From Meyerozyma guilliermondii (Eukaryota): a stretch of DNA of 64,000 nt. Below, one piece after another: positions 11,044-22,147 of the stretch. The DNA is taken from NCBI GenBank assembly GCA_051546255.1, contig CP128820.1, forward strand, positions 62,001 through 126,000. Reading direction: 5' to 3'. The notes below the pieces were generated by a model. The model made no database searches and was not told the origin of the DNA. It was given only the letters and a program-made list of their open reading frames with translations. A program made the position numbers and the translations under genes. Positions within the stretch are counted from its first letter, which is position 1; each line of letters starts with the position of its first letter.

Positions 11044-11778
11044 ATGGTTAAAGCTTTAATTGCAGTTACCTCGTATAACGACGTCTTTTACGAAGACGGG
11101 GCAAAGACAGGATTGTTCCTTACTGAGGCCTTGCACCCATTTGAGGTGTTCAGAGCTCAAGGTTACGATGTGGATTTTGTGTCTGAAAATGGAACTTTTG
11201 GCTATGATGAGCACTCGTTAAGCCCAGATTTCTTGGATGGAGACGACAAGAACATTCATCTCAATGCTCACTCTGAATTCAACATTGGGTTGAAAAATAT
11301 CAAAAAACCATCGCAAGTCGATGCTTCAGAATATTCCATTTTCTTTGCCTCGGCTGGCCACGGCACATTATTTGACTATCCAAAGGCCAGTGGCTTGCAA
11401 GAACTTGCTCAAAAAATATATGCCAAGGGTGGAGTTGTTGCTGCTGTTTGTCATGGACCTGCTATCTTTGCCAACTTGATTGACACCTCATCTGGCAGAC
11501 CAATTGTTGAAGGCAAGACCGTTACTGGTTTCACCGACAAGGGAGAAGAACAGATGCAAGTCGACAAGATCATGAAGAGCAAGAACTTGGAATCAGTTGA
11601 AGAACTCTACAAAAGATTGGGTGCAAAATACTCGGCACCTAATGGACCATGGGATGACCATTCTGTTGTAGATGGCAGAGTTGTTACTGGTGTAAACCCA
11701 CAATCAGCAAACTCCACAGCTAAGAAAGCGGTGCAAGTTTTGTCGGAAGTGAAGGGAATTGATAAGGTCACTGGTTAA
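11044..11778 (+). CDS. HSP31: DJ-1/PfpI family glyoxalase III (Hsp31/Glx3)
   Basis: KTGLFLTEALHPF, SAGHG, AVCHGP, VTGVNPQSA; start at aaaATG 11044 with TATA upstream. Confidence 0.92.
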   Translation: MVKALIAVTSYNDVFYEDGAKTGLFLTEALHPFEVFRAQGYDVDFVSENGTFGYDEHSLSPDFLDGDDKNIHLNAHSEFNIGLKNIKKPSQVDASEYSIFFASAGHGTLFDYPKASGLQELAQKIYAKGGVVAAVCHGPAIFANLIDTSSGRPIVEGKTVTGFTDKGEEQMQVDKIMKSKNLESVEELYKRLGAKYSAPNGPWDDHSVVDGRVVTGVNPQSANSTAKKAVQVLSEVKGIDKVTG

Positions 11779-12998
11779 AGAAGAGGAAATAATGAAAATT
11801 AAGCATTGAATAAACAGGTGATTGAACCAACTTGAGTGTAGTAACATGGTATTCTATGGATTGTAGTTGAATTGGTATTCTATGAGTCCTTAGTTATCAG
11901 CTCTTTTTTTCTTTTTTATTCATGGTTCATTGTCCAACCCAACAGACTTGGATCGAAGACTGCATTTTAACTTTGCAGCATTTTCAGATCTTTTTTCGCA
12001 ACTATTCCTCTACGGCTTTTAGCTGCAAACTGGTCGATGAACGTCAAAGTAAAATGTCGGCCGGTGTCAATGCTAGTCACTATGAGCTGTAGCTGCTTTT
12101 AACTGTTTATTAATTTAAGAGTTTTACTCAAGTCTTCATAAAAACGAATTCTACTTTTGAATTCATACCCGTGCATACATTAAGAACCATTCAAGCAGTA
12201 CATGTGAGTACAAACCACTGATAAAGCCAGCTGCCCGAGACTCATCTCCAATAACATAAGAAGCGGATTTGTTCCCGAGTTCATTCTGTGAAAGAAGTAG
12301 CACCATCTACCGCTGGGTTGTACCAATATTGTGTGTCAAACTACATCATTCAGTCTGATGCTAGTACGGTCACTTTCAACGCTATCGGTCGCTCTCAAGC
12401 GGCACGCTCTCTTAGAGCCTTTCCATCAGGATGTTTAGGGAGTGTATCGGTGCTCAGGGATTGTATCAGAAAGAGCACACTCCTCGTCGGAAAACACTAT
12501 AAATACTCAAATCCCTCAACCGAAACATTCAATGTTCTTCACCTCAAGACCAGCTTTTGATCGAAGAAAAGTTGTACTGGGTAGTTATACTGGTACAGCT
12601 AAAAGTAGGCATTGGTATATGTGGAAACTCTGATAAGCCTATCAAATTGACGCAAACACCTCGAGTCTTTTGATGCGAGGAATATGATAGCATGGATATC
12701 TCTTCTAGTTTACTCCAGTCAGACAACAAGAAGGAAGACATGGAAGCACTGAGCCGACTTTTCATAAACATTATTTCACCATGATACTAAAGAGACTAAT
12801 CTACATTCAAATACAATGTTTCCGCAAAAAGTTTGTTATTTTCAAATCTTTAGTAAAGAGAAGTGCTCACTTCTGCCCCACGTTGCGTTCGTTAACTCTT
12901 CCAGCATATGTTTCACTTCCTATCTATTCCCCACCTTTTTACCTGCAGGCCCGTCCCAACATCACCAAATTTCGCTAATTTTTTAAACTAAACCACCA

Positions 12999-13865
12999 AT
13001 GGGTTCTGCTTTCAGTAGCTTGAAATTCTATTTCAAGTCTGTGGCTTTCGGCGTCTTAATATCTGTATGTGCCCTCTACGGAGTGTTCGCTTCAATCTTT
13101 CTTAGAATTATTGGAAAACCCCAATATGCTCAATACACTGTAGCAAGGGCATTTTATTATTCGTTTTCAACGGTTTTGGGGGTCAAAATAAACATCAAAA
13201 ATGCCCACTATTTGAACGAGAAACCAGCAATTGTGATTTCTAATCACCAGTCAGCTTTGGACATTCTTGTTCTCGGCAAAACGTTTACTCCAGGAATGAC
13301 TGTGACCGCCAAGAGAGCCTTGAAATTCTTTCCATTTTTAGGATGGTTTATGCTTGCGTCAGGCACCTTTTTCTTGGACAGAACTCGTGGAGAGAAAGCG
13401 AGAAAGGTATTGGATGGTGCTTTGGCCAGTTTGAAGAGGGACAACAGGGCTCTTTTCATATTCCCTGAAGGAACCAGATCAGGTACCACCAAATTGGATC
13501 TTCTTCCATTCAAAAAAGGTGCTTTCCACTTGGCCAAACAGGCCCAGATTCCTATTGTACCCTTTGTTGTTAGCAATACTTCGGGAATTTTCCATGCTTC
13601 AACTCGAACCTTTAATCGTGGAGAAATCACCATCGAGGTATTACCTCCCATGTCCACATCACACTTGGAAACTAACGAGCAATTGAATGACTTTGCTCTT
13701 GAAGTACATGATAAGATGAAGACCACGCTCCAGAATTTGGGATACTCCAAAGTGCCTGGATTCAAAAAAGAAGAAACAGCTGTAGAAGCATTAGACACAG
13801 ACGACACAGACGAAGTTGCAATCGAAAGAGTTCCCGAGCACACTCCGCTCTTGTCTAAAGATTAG
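12999..13865 (+). CDS. SLC1: 1-acyl-sn-glycerol-3-phosphate acyltransferase
   Basis: NHQSALD, FFLDR, FPEGTR, PFKKGAF acyltransferase motifs. Confidence 0.93.
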   Translation: MGSAFSSLKFYFKSVAFGVLISVCALYGVFASIFLRIIGKPQYAQYTVARAFYYSFSTVLGVKINIKNAHYLNEKPAIVISNHQSALDILVLGKTFTPGMTVTAKRALKFFPFLGWFMLASGTFFLDRTRGEKARKVLDGALASLKRDNRALFIFPEGTRSGTTKLDLLPFKKGAFHLAKQAQIPIVPFVVSNTSGIFHASTRTFNRGEITIEVLPPMSTSHLETNEQLNDFALEVHDKMKTTLQNLGYSKVPGFKKEETAVEALDTDDTDEVAIERVPEHTPLLSKD

Positions 13866-13902
13866 TATTATTTAATGTATGGAATATGTATTGTGTATGC
13901 AC

Positions 13903-16900
13903 TTAATCTGCTATGACGGCTCTCTTTTTCTTTTTCTTCTTGGTCTTTATCTCAGTTCCTGGCCCTTCACCGTTGCTAACCAGTTCCTCCCTAGATTCAG
14001 ACTTATCCGCTTTTGAATCAGTTTTTGTAGATTTTGTAGATTTTCCAGCGTCCGTTTTCGTATCAGATTTCGATTTCGATTTCTTCGACTTCTTCTTCAG
14101 CTTCTTTTCCACATCCTCCGCTAACAGCTTTCGAATTGCGTCCAAATCTATGTTGTACTCGTCAACTCCAGGTGTGGTTTCTTTCGCGGACGATTCAAGG
14201 TCAAACCCTTCCAAGTTCGAAGCGTCAATCTTGAACACATTTGCCGTCTTTTTTTGTGGTTTTTTGATCACTGGTTCTTCCGGTGCTGGAGATGCATTAC
14301 CAACAACCTCGTCATCAAGAACCATGACTTTCTCCTTCTTCAAAACCTTTGACTTGAGCGACTTAGGTCGCTTCGACTCACCAATCTCAGCCAAAGACAG
14401 AAGCAGTGGAGAACGAGTCTGATCTGGCGACGGACTCAGTGGCTTCGGTTTGCGTTTTGCCGAAACCTTACTCTTCTTCTCGTCGGACTTCAAGTAGTAT
14501 GGGTCATCTTGCAAACGAGCTGCTCGCTCTTTCTTTCTCCTAGCTTCTTCACGTTCAACATCAGAATCAGGCAAGATCGAGTTTTGCTCACTGCTCAGCT
14601 GTTCTTCGATATAAGTATCATCATAAAGCTCATCTTCGGCTTCATCTTCAAATCCTTGCAATTCTTCGGAGTGCACGATTTGTCTCTCAAGATCAAGTTC
14701 TTCAGGGAAAGGAACATTGCTCTGTGAGTTTTTAGCCACAGGCCGTATCTCGTGTGACTTGAGCATAGACGATAGAATTGGATGCAAAAGCATGGGTATA
14801 CTTTCCAACTCATTAGCCGTTTCTGGTTTTGCTCCACTCTCCGATTGTAGGTCGTTCAATAGAGCAAGGGCCCGGCCCTCAGCTGCCAATTCAAACGTTT
14901 CCAGATCGTCTGTGGCAAGAACACTCACTTCAGGTTCTTCCGATTGCACTGACTCGTTCAGAGACATATTAGAGATGAGATTCTCGTCAGAGTCACTGTC
15001 GCTGCTATTCTCCAGATCAAGCTCTTGCTCAAGTTCCTCGCTGACCTGGAGTTTCTTGTAGTACTCGAGGTCTTCAAGTTCCAACTCTCTTATGGGTGCC
15101 AAATCTCCGCCCATCATAGCCTCTAAGCATAGTTTCAAAAACTCCAACCATGACAAGCTACGCTCCTGTACCTCATAATGGTAATGTTGCTCGAAATTAC
15201 TCAAGAAATTGATCAACTTTGAAAGAAAATAGGCCATTTGAATAAACTTGTCTCGAGGAAGTTTCCCGTTGACACCATATAATGTGAGGTAAGTGTTCAA
15301 AATACCACTGTAAAGCTTCACTAGAGCTTGGATAAGCAGTGTTAACACATCAGAGTCAGCAAGGAATCTCAATTTGTCCGATATCGGAAAGTGTTTCTTG
15401 GAAGTTCGCTTCAATGAAATATCGATCTGACAATTGACCAAGGTGTTGAAAATCGACACTTGAGACGAAAGCTTCAGCCCAAGACTTTCCACCTTTGTTT
15501 CATCTTCCTCATCATAACCAACGTATTCGATTTCATCGACATATTCGCCGATAATCCAATAAATGTACTTCAAAAAAACCGGGCATACCTCCAAAATCCG
15601 CGTATCTTGAGTAGCATCTATAATAACCTGATTCAAGATTGTGGGACGAAGTGATGGTACTTTTATGCAAAGGGAAACATATTCATTTCCAATAAGGTTC
15701 GCGATAGTTTTGGTTGATTCGAAAGATATGAGGTTGTCTGCAACAAGAGATTCTGGGAACAATGACAAGTTAAAAATATCCTTTAAAACAGCCACATACC
15801 ACTTAAAATTGGGGATATTGGAGTAATTGTTTGATGAAGCAATAGACACAATTTTGGAGGCAATGCTAACCCTCAAGCGTTCTGGTATCAGTTTAGGGGA
15901 CGGTTTACCGTCCAATGATTCTGGAGGCATAAGTTGAAAGAGTAGTTTCTTCACAATTTCTCCTATGTTATCTTCATTCACAAGTAGATCGCACAACTCT
16001 AGTGCCTTCTCTTTTATGATGATATCGTTTCCGCCCAAGTGAGCCAACACAAAGCTTCTGACAGCTCCATCGTCGATTAAAGCTGGAAATTTCTTGAGAA
16101 TCTTGTACATTGTCAAAAGGCCCACGAATACCAAATTGTAATCACTTTTGGCAAACATCAGCAACAACTTATCGAGGCATAGCTTGCCCGTTTCTTGGTC
16201 TCTTGAGGAGTCAGCAGAGAGCATATCACCACTAACTATGCAGTTTATGCATTCGTAGATCAACGAATAGGCATTAGTCTTCGTCATGAGCTCGACTATA
16301 GACGGCATTATTCTCTTCTTCATTCTGGGCTCGACTTTAGACAAGCTTTGGAATAGCTTGAGAATGCGAATTACAAGCCAATTGTTGCTGGTGTTATTCA
16401 TGATGGAGAAGAATTTTGGAAGGTAACCAACAAAGATATTTGGGTTTTTCTTGCTGATTTCACAGATAACGTTTATCGTTGCACTGACAACGGCGGTATC
16501 TTCGTCGTCGAGCTTGTCGATGATTCTTTGGAAATTGGCCCGTAAACTTTCTGGGTATTGAAGAATGACTTTGTACATTGCCAACATCGCCTTCTTTCGT
16601 ATGTAAGGGCTGGAGTGGCTGAGCTTCATCACCACATCGTCGTTGATATCTTTGGCCAAATTTGGAGTCACAATGGTCGCAATGCCGCTGAGAGCAAGGC
16701 CAATTTCCGTGTGGTTGTATGAATTGAGGTCTTTTTTGAACTGATTGGTGGCTAAGATAAGAAGATCCTGGTCGTTTTTGAAGGATTGGATCACCGCCAA
16801 GTAGCCTATTCGTTTCTGTTGGAATTTGGACGATGCCATCACTTCCAAAATCTGGAAATTGCTCCACGACATATCAAACCCATACATCTCCAAGTACGTG

Positions 16901-17118
16901 AGCTTCAAGATGGCCATGGCCTTTGTTTCCAAGTCCGAGGTGGCAAGCTCATTCTTACATTCCACAATCACGGTGTCGAAAAACTGCAGAAGGCTCTCTG
17001 GCGACTCCTTCGAATGGCCTCGTATACCCTTTATTAGGTCAGTTAGAGACTTCTCAAACAGAATCCCGAACGGCTTCAAGCGTGCCAACACTTCGGAGTT
17101 CTGTAGCTGGAACGACAT
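13903..17118 (-). CDS. APL5: AP-3 adaptor complex delta subunit
   Basis: FEKSLTDLIKGIR, YLEMYGFDMSW, KRIGYLA, EVQERS; Lys-rich tail; ATG at 17118 (the track's start at 17124 is TTG). Confidence 0.93.
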   Translation of the reverse strand: MSFQLQNSEVLARLKPFGILFEKSLTDLIKGIRGHSKESPESLLQFFDTVIVECKNELATSDLETKAMAILKLTYLEMYGFDMSWSNFQILEVMASSKFQQKRIGYLAVIQSFKNDQDLLILATNQFKKDLNSYNHTEIGLALSGIATIVTPNLAKDINDDVVMKLSHSSPYIRKKAMLAMYKVILQYPESLRANFQRIIDKLDDEDTAVVSATINVICEISKKNPNIFVGYLPKFFSIMNNTSNNWLVIRILKLFQSLSKVEPRMKKRIMPSIVELMTKTNAYSLIYECINCIVSGDMLSADSSRDQETGKLCLDKLLLMFAKSDYNLVFVGLLTMYKILKKFPALIDDGAVRSFVLAHLGGNDIIIKEKALELCDLLVNEDNIGEIVKKLLFQLMPPESLDGKPSPKLIPERLRVSIASKIVSIASSNNYSNIPNFKWYVAVLKDIFNLSLFPESLVADNLISFESTKTIANLIGNEYVSLCIKVPSLRPTILNQVIIDATQDTRILEVCPVFLKYIYWIIGEYVDEIEYVGYDEEDETKVESLGLKLSSQVSIFNTLVNCQIDISLKRTSKKHFPISDKLRFLADSDVLTLLIQALVKLYSGILNTYLTLYGVNGKLPRDKFIQMAYFLSKLINFLSNFEQHYHYEVQERSLSWLEFLKLCLEAMMGGDLAPIRELELEDLEYYKKLQVSEELEQELDLENSSDSDSDENLISNMSLNESVQSEEPEVSVLATDDLETFELAAEGRALALLNDLQSESGAKPETANELESIPMLLHPILSSMLKSHEIRPVAKNSQSNVPFPEELDLERQIVHSEELQGFEDEAEDELYDDTYIEEQLSSEQNSILPDSDVEREEARRKKERAARLQDDPYYLKSDEKKSKVSAKRKPKPLSPSPDQTRSPLLLSLAEIGESKRPKSLKSKVLKKEKVMVLDDEVVGNASPAPEEPVIKKPQKKTANVFKIDASNLEGFDLESSAKETTPGVDEYNIDLDAIRKLLAEDVEKKLKKKSKKSKSKSDTKTDAGKSTKSTKTDSKADKSESREELVSNGEGPGTEIKTKKKKKKRAVIAD

Positions 17119-17232
17119 GTCCAATTAATTCCAGTGCCGAACCGCTGGTGTTGTTCTACGATTCGCACCAATGCCCCAGGTTGGCTCCACCTCGCGCGCT
17201 TATGTGAAGGACGCAACTTTGGAGCTACTGCT

Positions 17233-17808
17233 ATGGACCAAGATATGTCCACACCAACGCCACCTGAGGAGCCAGAAATGGCTGATTTGGACACTGGACA
17301 ACCTGGCGACTCCTCTTCAGAGTCGTTTTTTCTGAGCGAAGACGCAGAACTGGCAAATAATTCCCATAATGACTACCAGTACATGAGCATCATGGACCAT
17401 TCCAACTACTTATCCAACGCATTGTCGTCAGCTATGGAGTCTATCGAGCTCGACAAGTCACTAGCACTACAGGCACAATTGAGTGGTAACCTAAATAACG
17501 AACGTCAACGACTTGTGGACAAACAGGAAGAAGTACTTGCCAAGCTTCAACACATACAAACCATGTACAATAAACACTTTCGGCCCACAACTGATACCCG
17601 AGGCTCACACAGTCGAATATCCACCCTCGAACTGGAATTCAGCCGAATCGAGGGCCATATAAACCGGTTGAAATACGGCAAAGATTCGTCTCACTTGGCA
17701 TCGATCTTCAAGACCAAAACACCTGGTATAGTGGAGTCCCATCCTGTGGAGTACAATAAGGCGAGAGACAAGATACTCGAGCGCCAAATTGACGAAAGCG
17801 AGAGCTAG
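17233..17808 (+). CDS. KXD1: BLOC-1 subunit, KxDL-family protein
   Basis: YLSNALSSAMESIELDKSLALQAQLSG coiled coil and C-terminal HPVEYNKARDKILER, resembling yeast Kxd1 (FPIEFNQAREKILER, recalled). Confidence 0.7.
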   Translation: MDQDMSTPTPPEEPEMADLDTGQPGDSSSESFFLSEDAELANNSHNDYQYMSIMDHSNYLSNALSSAMESIELDKSLALQAQLSGNLNNERQRLVDKQEEVLAKLQHIQTMYNKHFRPTTDTRGSHSRISTLELEFSRIEGHINRLKYGKDSSHLASIFKTKTPGIVESHPVEYNKARDKILERQIDESES

Positions 17809-17911
17809 AGAAACGAAACCATGAAATTTTAGCAAATAACGGCAATTAACAGAACTTGAGAATAACGAGCAGACGAGCACATGAAATATTCACCTTCTTA
17901 TTTACTGACCG

Positions 17912-20074
17912 TCACTTATATATAATGCCCAACCCGTCGAGCCAAGACCCGCAGTATCCATACATGCCTATGATTTCAAAGCCATGTGGCACCTCGAGAG
18001 TTGTGAGATGGCCTCCAGAAGCATTGCCATACATATCAGAACTTCTTCTATCGGTTTGAAATTGAACTGCGTCTATCCAGGCTCCATTCATAACACGAAA
18101 CTTGACTATTTTCTCACCAGGCTGCAACACAAATTCCGAATAGTCGGGTTTTTCGTTGCCGATGAGAACAGACTTCATAGCCAAATTTGAGCCTCTTGGG
18201 GTCAGAGCACGGTCCTTCAATTTCCTAGACAATTTGTCCAAGTAGTTTCTTGGAGGAACCGGTGGAGCAGGCTGACTGGACTCTGAAGATCGAAAGAAGA
18301 ACCGTATACCATCTAGAGCTCCTCCGTGGTAGATATGAATTTTCTCCACATGGTCCAAGTCGAGCCCAATCACCTGCTCAGGCTTATCTTTCTTGTTACC
18401 CAAAAGTTGACCCCGAATACCGCTAAGTTCTCCTCTGCCTAACCCAAAGTCACCTTTAATCACATTATCTTTGGAAGAACAGTACTTTTTAAAGTCCAGA
18501 ATGTAAAGGTCGCCAGCCACCGACAAGACTCTGATGTCAAAATTCTCTCCAGCGTCATTCTTTCGCAGCTTGAGCTCCTGGTAGCATTGCTCGTAGTCTA
18601 GCATGATTTCTTGCTGCAATCCCGTGCCGCGGTAAGACTTTGGAAGATAATCGTGGTGCACTCTTGCCAAGTCACCTGAGCAGATTTCCACCATAAAGAT
18701 ACCCGAATCACATAATACCATCACCCCGTTGTTGGGAGTCAAATAACTTGTTGGTGCTCCGCCGCTGTCCCTATACGAGCGATTGGGCTTCATAGTAGTT
18801 GTGAATGTCTTGCGGAACCCAGGGTCTTGTTCGTCCACTGGTATGGAAAACGAATCGTGATAAAAGTATCTCATCAAATCCGTATCGTGCCAATGACACG
18901 AATTCGACCAAGTTCCGTCTCTTCTTATCATGTCTCCTCTCGTGTTTCTCTTCAACGACTCGAGTTCTCTAGTCATAAAAGAACGATTCCACCAAACGTA
19001 GTCTCGCAACATTACCCCGGATTCCTGATGAGGGCTTCCAAACGAATGGCCTATTTCGTGCATGAACGCACCCATGGTTATATTGCAACATTCCCAGCTG
19101 GTTCCACACTCGCCGCAATCGTTGGCTACGTCTTTACCGAGATGGGTGGCATCCAAGAATGAGGGAGTAATTTGGGCAAAGTTGACCGGCCATGAGTGTA
19201 GACCATGCGACCCAAAAATCGCAAGTTTGACTTCATTAGTTCCTCCTCCTAAAGCAGCATGGGTCAAAATCATATCCAACTTGGCGTCATAGTGGGAGTC
19301 CAAGTAAATACAGGCCGCCTGAATAGGAGTATCTCCATCTTTGTATGTCTTGAATATCTCTGGAGTATTCAGCACAAGATGGTTGGCATGGCCAAAAAGT
19401 TCGCCGGTTTTCTTGCCCTTGGGGTTCTGTTGAGCAATATCCGGGTCTCTTAACTCGGCCACTGTCAAGGGAGACCGAAGAACATGTACTTTGACTTCTT
19501 GGTGTGGAGTTGGTGATTCAACATTGTAACCGAAAATGCCCTGGTGCAGCACCGTTTCTTCGACAAACTGAAAAGACCGATTGCTAAACCCTACTCTTCT
19601 CATTTCGTCCTGGGTGAATGCTTGCATCATTCTAGCAGCCACTTTAAGTCGCTTTATGGCGGTTTGAAGGTTGGCCTGTTCACCTCTTTGGCGCTTATAA
19701 GCTGGCAAGTCGTAGGTTCCAGTCGAGTCCTTGGCCACAATCAAACACAAATGGACCGGCTTGTTGTTCAATTGCTTGTAGTTCAACACAAGATGTCCCT
19801 TTTCCGATACTTTTGGTTTACCGTTAAATGCCCCAAAACCATATGGATCAATCACACCATTTGCATAAACCTCGACCTCAAAGTTGTTCACACCTTCAGA
19901 AACGTGAACGTATGCTTTGAATTGACCCTCATTAACCTCAAACGTCTGTGGAGGAAACACTTTGTTTGCATTGTTGGTGAACTGGATGGTTCCACGATTG
20001 ACTTTGGTGGTTCCATTAACAATGACAAGAGGAGAAGAAACGATCTCATTATCGTGAAATGCGAAGGAAACCAT
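17912..20074 (-). CDS. Putative zinc metallopeptidase with C-terminal jacalin-like domain (YIL108W-like)
   Basis: GAFMHEIGHSFGSPH zincin motif; C-terminal GAWIDAVQF and GMYGYCGSWLDGLGI jacalin-type strands. Confidence 0.85.
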   Translation of the reverse strand: MVSFAFHDNEIVSSPLVIVNGTTKVNRGTIQFTNNANKVFPPQTFEVNEGQFKAYVHVSEGVNNFEVEVYANGVIDPYGFGAFNGKPKVSEKGHLVLNYKQLNNKPVHLCLIVAKDSTGTYDLPAYKRQRGEQANLQTAIKRLKVAARMMQAFTQDEMRRVGFSNRSFQFVEETVLHQGIFGYNVESPTPHQEVKVHVLRSPLTVAELRDPDIAQQNPKGKKTGELFGHANHLVLNTPEIFKTYKDGDTPIQAACIYLDSHYDAKLDMILTHAALGGGTNEVKLAIFGSHGLHSWPVNFAQITPSFLDATHLGKDVANDCGECGTSWECCNITMGAFMHEIGHSFGSPHQESGVMLRDYVWWNRSFMTRELESLKRNTRGDMIRRDGTWSNSCHWHDTDLMRYFYHDSFSIPVDEQDPGFRKTFTTTMKPNRSYRDSGGAPTSYLTPNNGVMVLCDSGIFMVEICSGDLARVHHDYLPKSYRGTGLQQEIMLDYEQCYQELKLRKNDAGENFDIRVLSVAGDLYILDFKKYCSSKDNVIKGDFGLGRGELSGIRGQLLGNKKDKPEQVIGLDLDHVEKIHIYHGGALDGIRFFFRSSESSQPAPPVPPRNYLDKLSRKLKDRALTPRGSNLAMKSVLIGNEKPDYSEFVLQPGEKIVKFRVMNGAWIDAVQFQTDRRSSDMYGNASGGHLTTLEVPHGFEIIGMYGYCGSWLDGLGIIYK

Positions 20075-20412
20075 ATCAAACTGGAGCTGTCAATGCAGAT
20101 AGTAGTAGATATTGGCAAAAGTTCAAATATAGTCACTTTCCTGTAGCTGTCCTGTAGCGCCTGTTCCGCAGCATCCACCACGAGGCAGTCCGAGCCGCAC
20201 TTGCGCAGGAGACATTCAAGAATTTTGGTAATGAGGTACGAAAAGCCGAAGGAAAAGAGAAAGATTCCGGTAGCTTATCACTAAACCAGAATCAGCTAAT
20301 AAACGAAAATCGGCTAAATTCCTAATACCTAAAAAATATGGCCCTTGGTGCTGATGGCCATTGTGCAGTACTGTGGGGTTAAAGCGATGTCTGCCTGCAG
20401 TTGTATCATTGT

Positions 20413-22026
20413 ATGAAGAGGTCAGCGGCCGCAATTGCTGCCGCACTGCATTGGAACGGCACAAAGTCCAAGAAGACCAAGGTTGAATCTGAGGTCGTTT
20501 CAGTACCTTCTGATGAAAGTGTAACTGAAATCTCATCCGATGAGCTGCTGACTCTGCTGAAAAATGAGCCGACTCCGCTGAAAAATGAACCAACTTCTGC
20601 CATCAAGCTCTTCTATAACCCCAGCTATGAACTCCACGATTCATTGAGCAAGCATGCTTCGGAGTACAATCAGGATACCGTGACATTGAACGAATTGATA
20701 GGAATCAAAGACCTTGATGAAACTTTTCAGTTCAACTTTAGTATTGATATACCGTTTTTTCTCACCCACATGCACCCTGAATTTGTCAAAAGAAAGAGAA
20801 AAATCACATTTATCACCGGAAGACAGCAATTGTCTGTTTTTGACGAAGAATTGCAAAATCTCTTGTCAATTTTCAATTTAAATGAAATCATCGCCGACCT
20901 TCCTGATCGGTTTGGAACCCACCACACAAAGATGATGATAAACTTCTTCGAGAACCAGCTATGCGAAGTGGTGATAATGACGTGCAATATAACCAAATTG
21001 GACATTGGTGGTCTTACCCAGATGTGCTGGCGTTCAGGTAGATTGGCTTTGGGTACCACCAAACCTGATTCAATGGGCTATCGTTTTCAGCGAGATTTGA
21101 CAGACTACTTGAAGCGGTACAAAAAAAAGAAGCTCAGTGAGTTGGCAAACAGAATTATGGAATATGACTTTTCCAGCATAAATGTCGAGCTCGTAGCTTC
21201 GGCTCCAGGATATTTCGATATGGACGATATCACTACCAATAGCGAAGTGTATGGTTTTGGTAAATTGTACCAGGTATTGAAGCGCAACAATCTCCTTATC
21301 AAAGATACTTCAAAACATCACAATATGCTCTCACAAGTATCTTCAATTGCATATCCTGTGGTGTCTGAAAAGTTTCATACATCGTCCATTTTCACCCATA
21401 TTTTATGTCCCCTTATTTTTGACGATCCACAATTCAGCATGCTTTCTCCTGGAAGGGAAACCACCAGAAACCACCAAAAATTGTACAACTATACCCCAAC
21501 TATTGTATATCCTACTGCCCAAGAAGTGAGCCAAGCCAACGTTGGTTTCGGTGCTGGTGCTTCAATTCACTTCAACTACACCAGATCCCATGCCCATGAG
21601 AACCAATACAAGCAAAACATCCTCCCTTATCTCCATAAATGGACTTCCAAAGCCGATACCGCCGGCCGTAACCATGTTCCGCCGCACGTCAAGCTCTATC
21701 TATGCGATAACGGCGATGAGTGGAAATCCATAAAATGGGCACTTTTGTGCAGCCATAACCTTTCCAAACAAGCATGGGGTGCGCCAAAATCCAAAAATGG
21801 TAGAAAATACCATGTAGCAAGCTATGAACTAGGAGTATTGGTTCCTGGAACCCCACACACCCTTACACCAACATATCCCCACGACCACCTGAAAAATTGC
21901 TTGGCGCCACTAAGATTGCCTTTCAAGGTTCCACCAGAACCGTACGGTGACTCTGACCAGCCCTGGAGCCCGCATATGAATTTTGGAGAGTTAAAAGACC
22001 GTTTTGGTAACACATACCAGCCGTGA
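20413..22026 (+). CDS. TDP1: Tyrosyl-DNA phosphodiesterase 1
   Basis: Two HxK motifs (GTHHTKMM, PPHVKLY), SHNLSKQAWG, SYELGVL; ATG at 20413. Confidence 0.93.
   Translation: MKRSAAAIAAALHWNGTKSKKTKVESEVVSVPSDESVTEISSDELLTLLKNEPTPLKNEPTSAIKLFYNPSYELHDSLSKHASEYNQDTVTLNELIGIKDLDETFQFNFSIDIPFFLTHMHPEFVKRKRKITFITGRQQLSVFDEELQNLLSIFNLNEIIADLPDRFGTHHTKMMINFFENQLCEVVIMTCNITKLDIGGLTQMCWRSGRLALGTTKPDSMGYRFQRDLTDYLKRYKKKKLSELANRIMEYDFSSINVELVASAPGYFDMDDITTNSEVYGFGKLYQVLKRNNLLIKDTSKHHNMLSQVSSIAYPVVSEKFHTSSIFTHILCPLIFDDPQFSMLSPGRETTRNHQKLYNYTPTIVYPTAQEVSQANVGFGAGASIHFNYTRSHAHENQYKQNILPYLHKWTSKADTAGRNHVPPHVKLYLCDNGDEWKSIKWALLCSHNLSKQAWGAPKSKNGRKYHVASYELGVLVPGTPHTLTPTYPHDHLKNCLAPLRLPFKVPPEPYGDSDQPWSPHMNFGELKDRFGNTYQP
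20551..20592 (+). repeat. 21-bp tandem duplication in the TDP1 N-terminal tail
   Basis: actctgctgaaaaatgagccg / actccgctgaaaaatgaacca. Confidence 0.8.
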
Positions 22027-22147
22027 TTTGCAGCCAAAGCATCCACACACCACCACACCAGTCCAACTCGAATAGATCAGCCTTACATGCAGCACCATCA
22101 ACGCGTCGCGTACAACAACTCTATTTGCATCTTTTGTACCATTCCCA

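Noticed and set aside
12160..12180. Minus-strand TATGCACGGG resembling the 5' part of yeast U4 snRNA
   Set aside because: Similarity stops after 10 nt, with no downstream U4 stem or Sm site.
12570..12600. GTACTGG/TACTGGT words suggestive of a telomerase RNA template
   Set aside because: No full repeat-plus-overlap template and no Sm or splice-site terminus found; unsupported.
12676..12686. Minus-strand ATATTCCT resembling the snR30/U17 m1 motif
   Set aside because: No matching m2 (AAACCAT) or ACA box at the expected distance.
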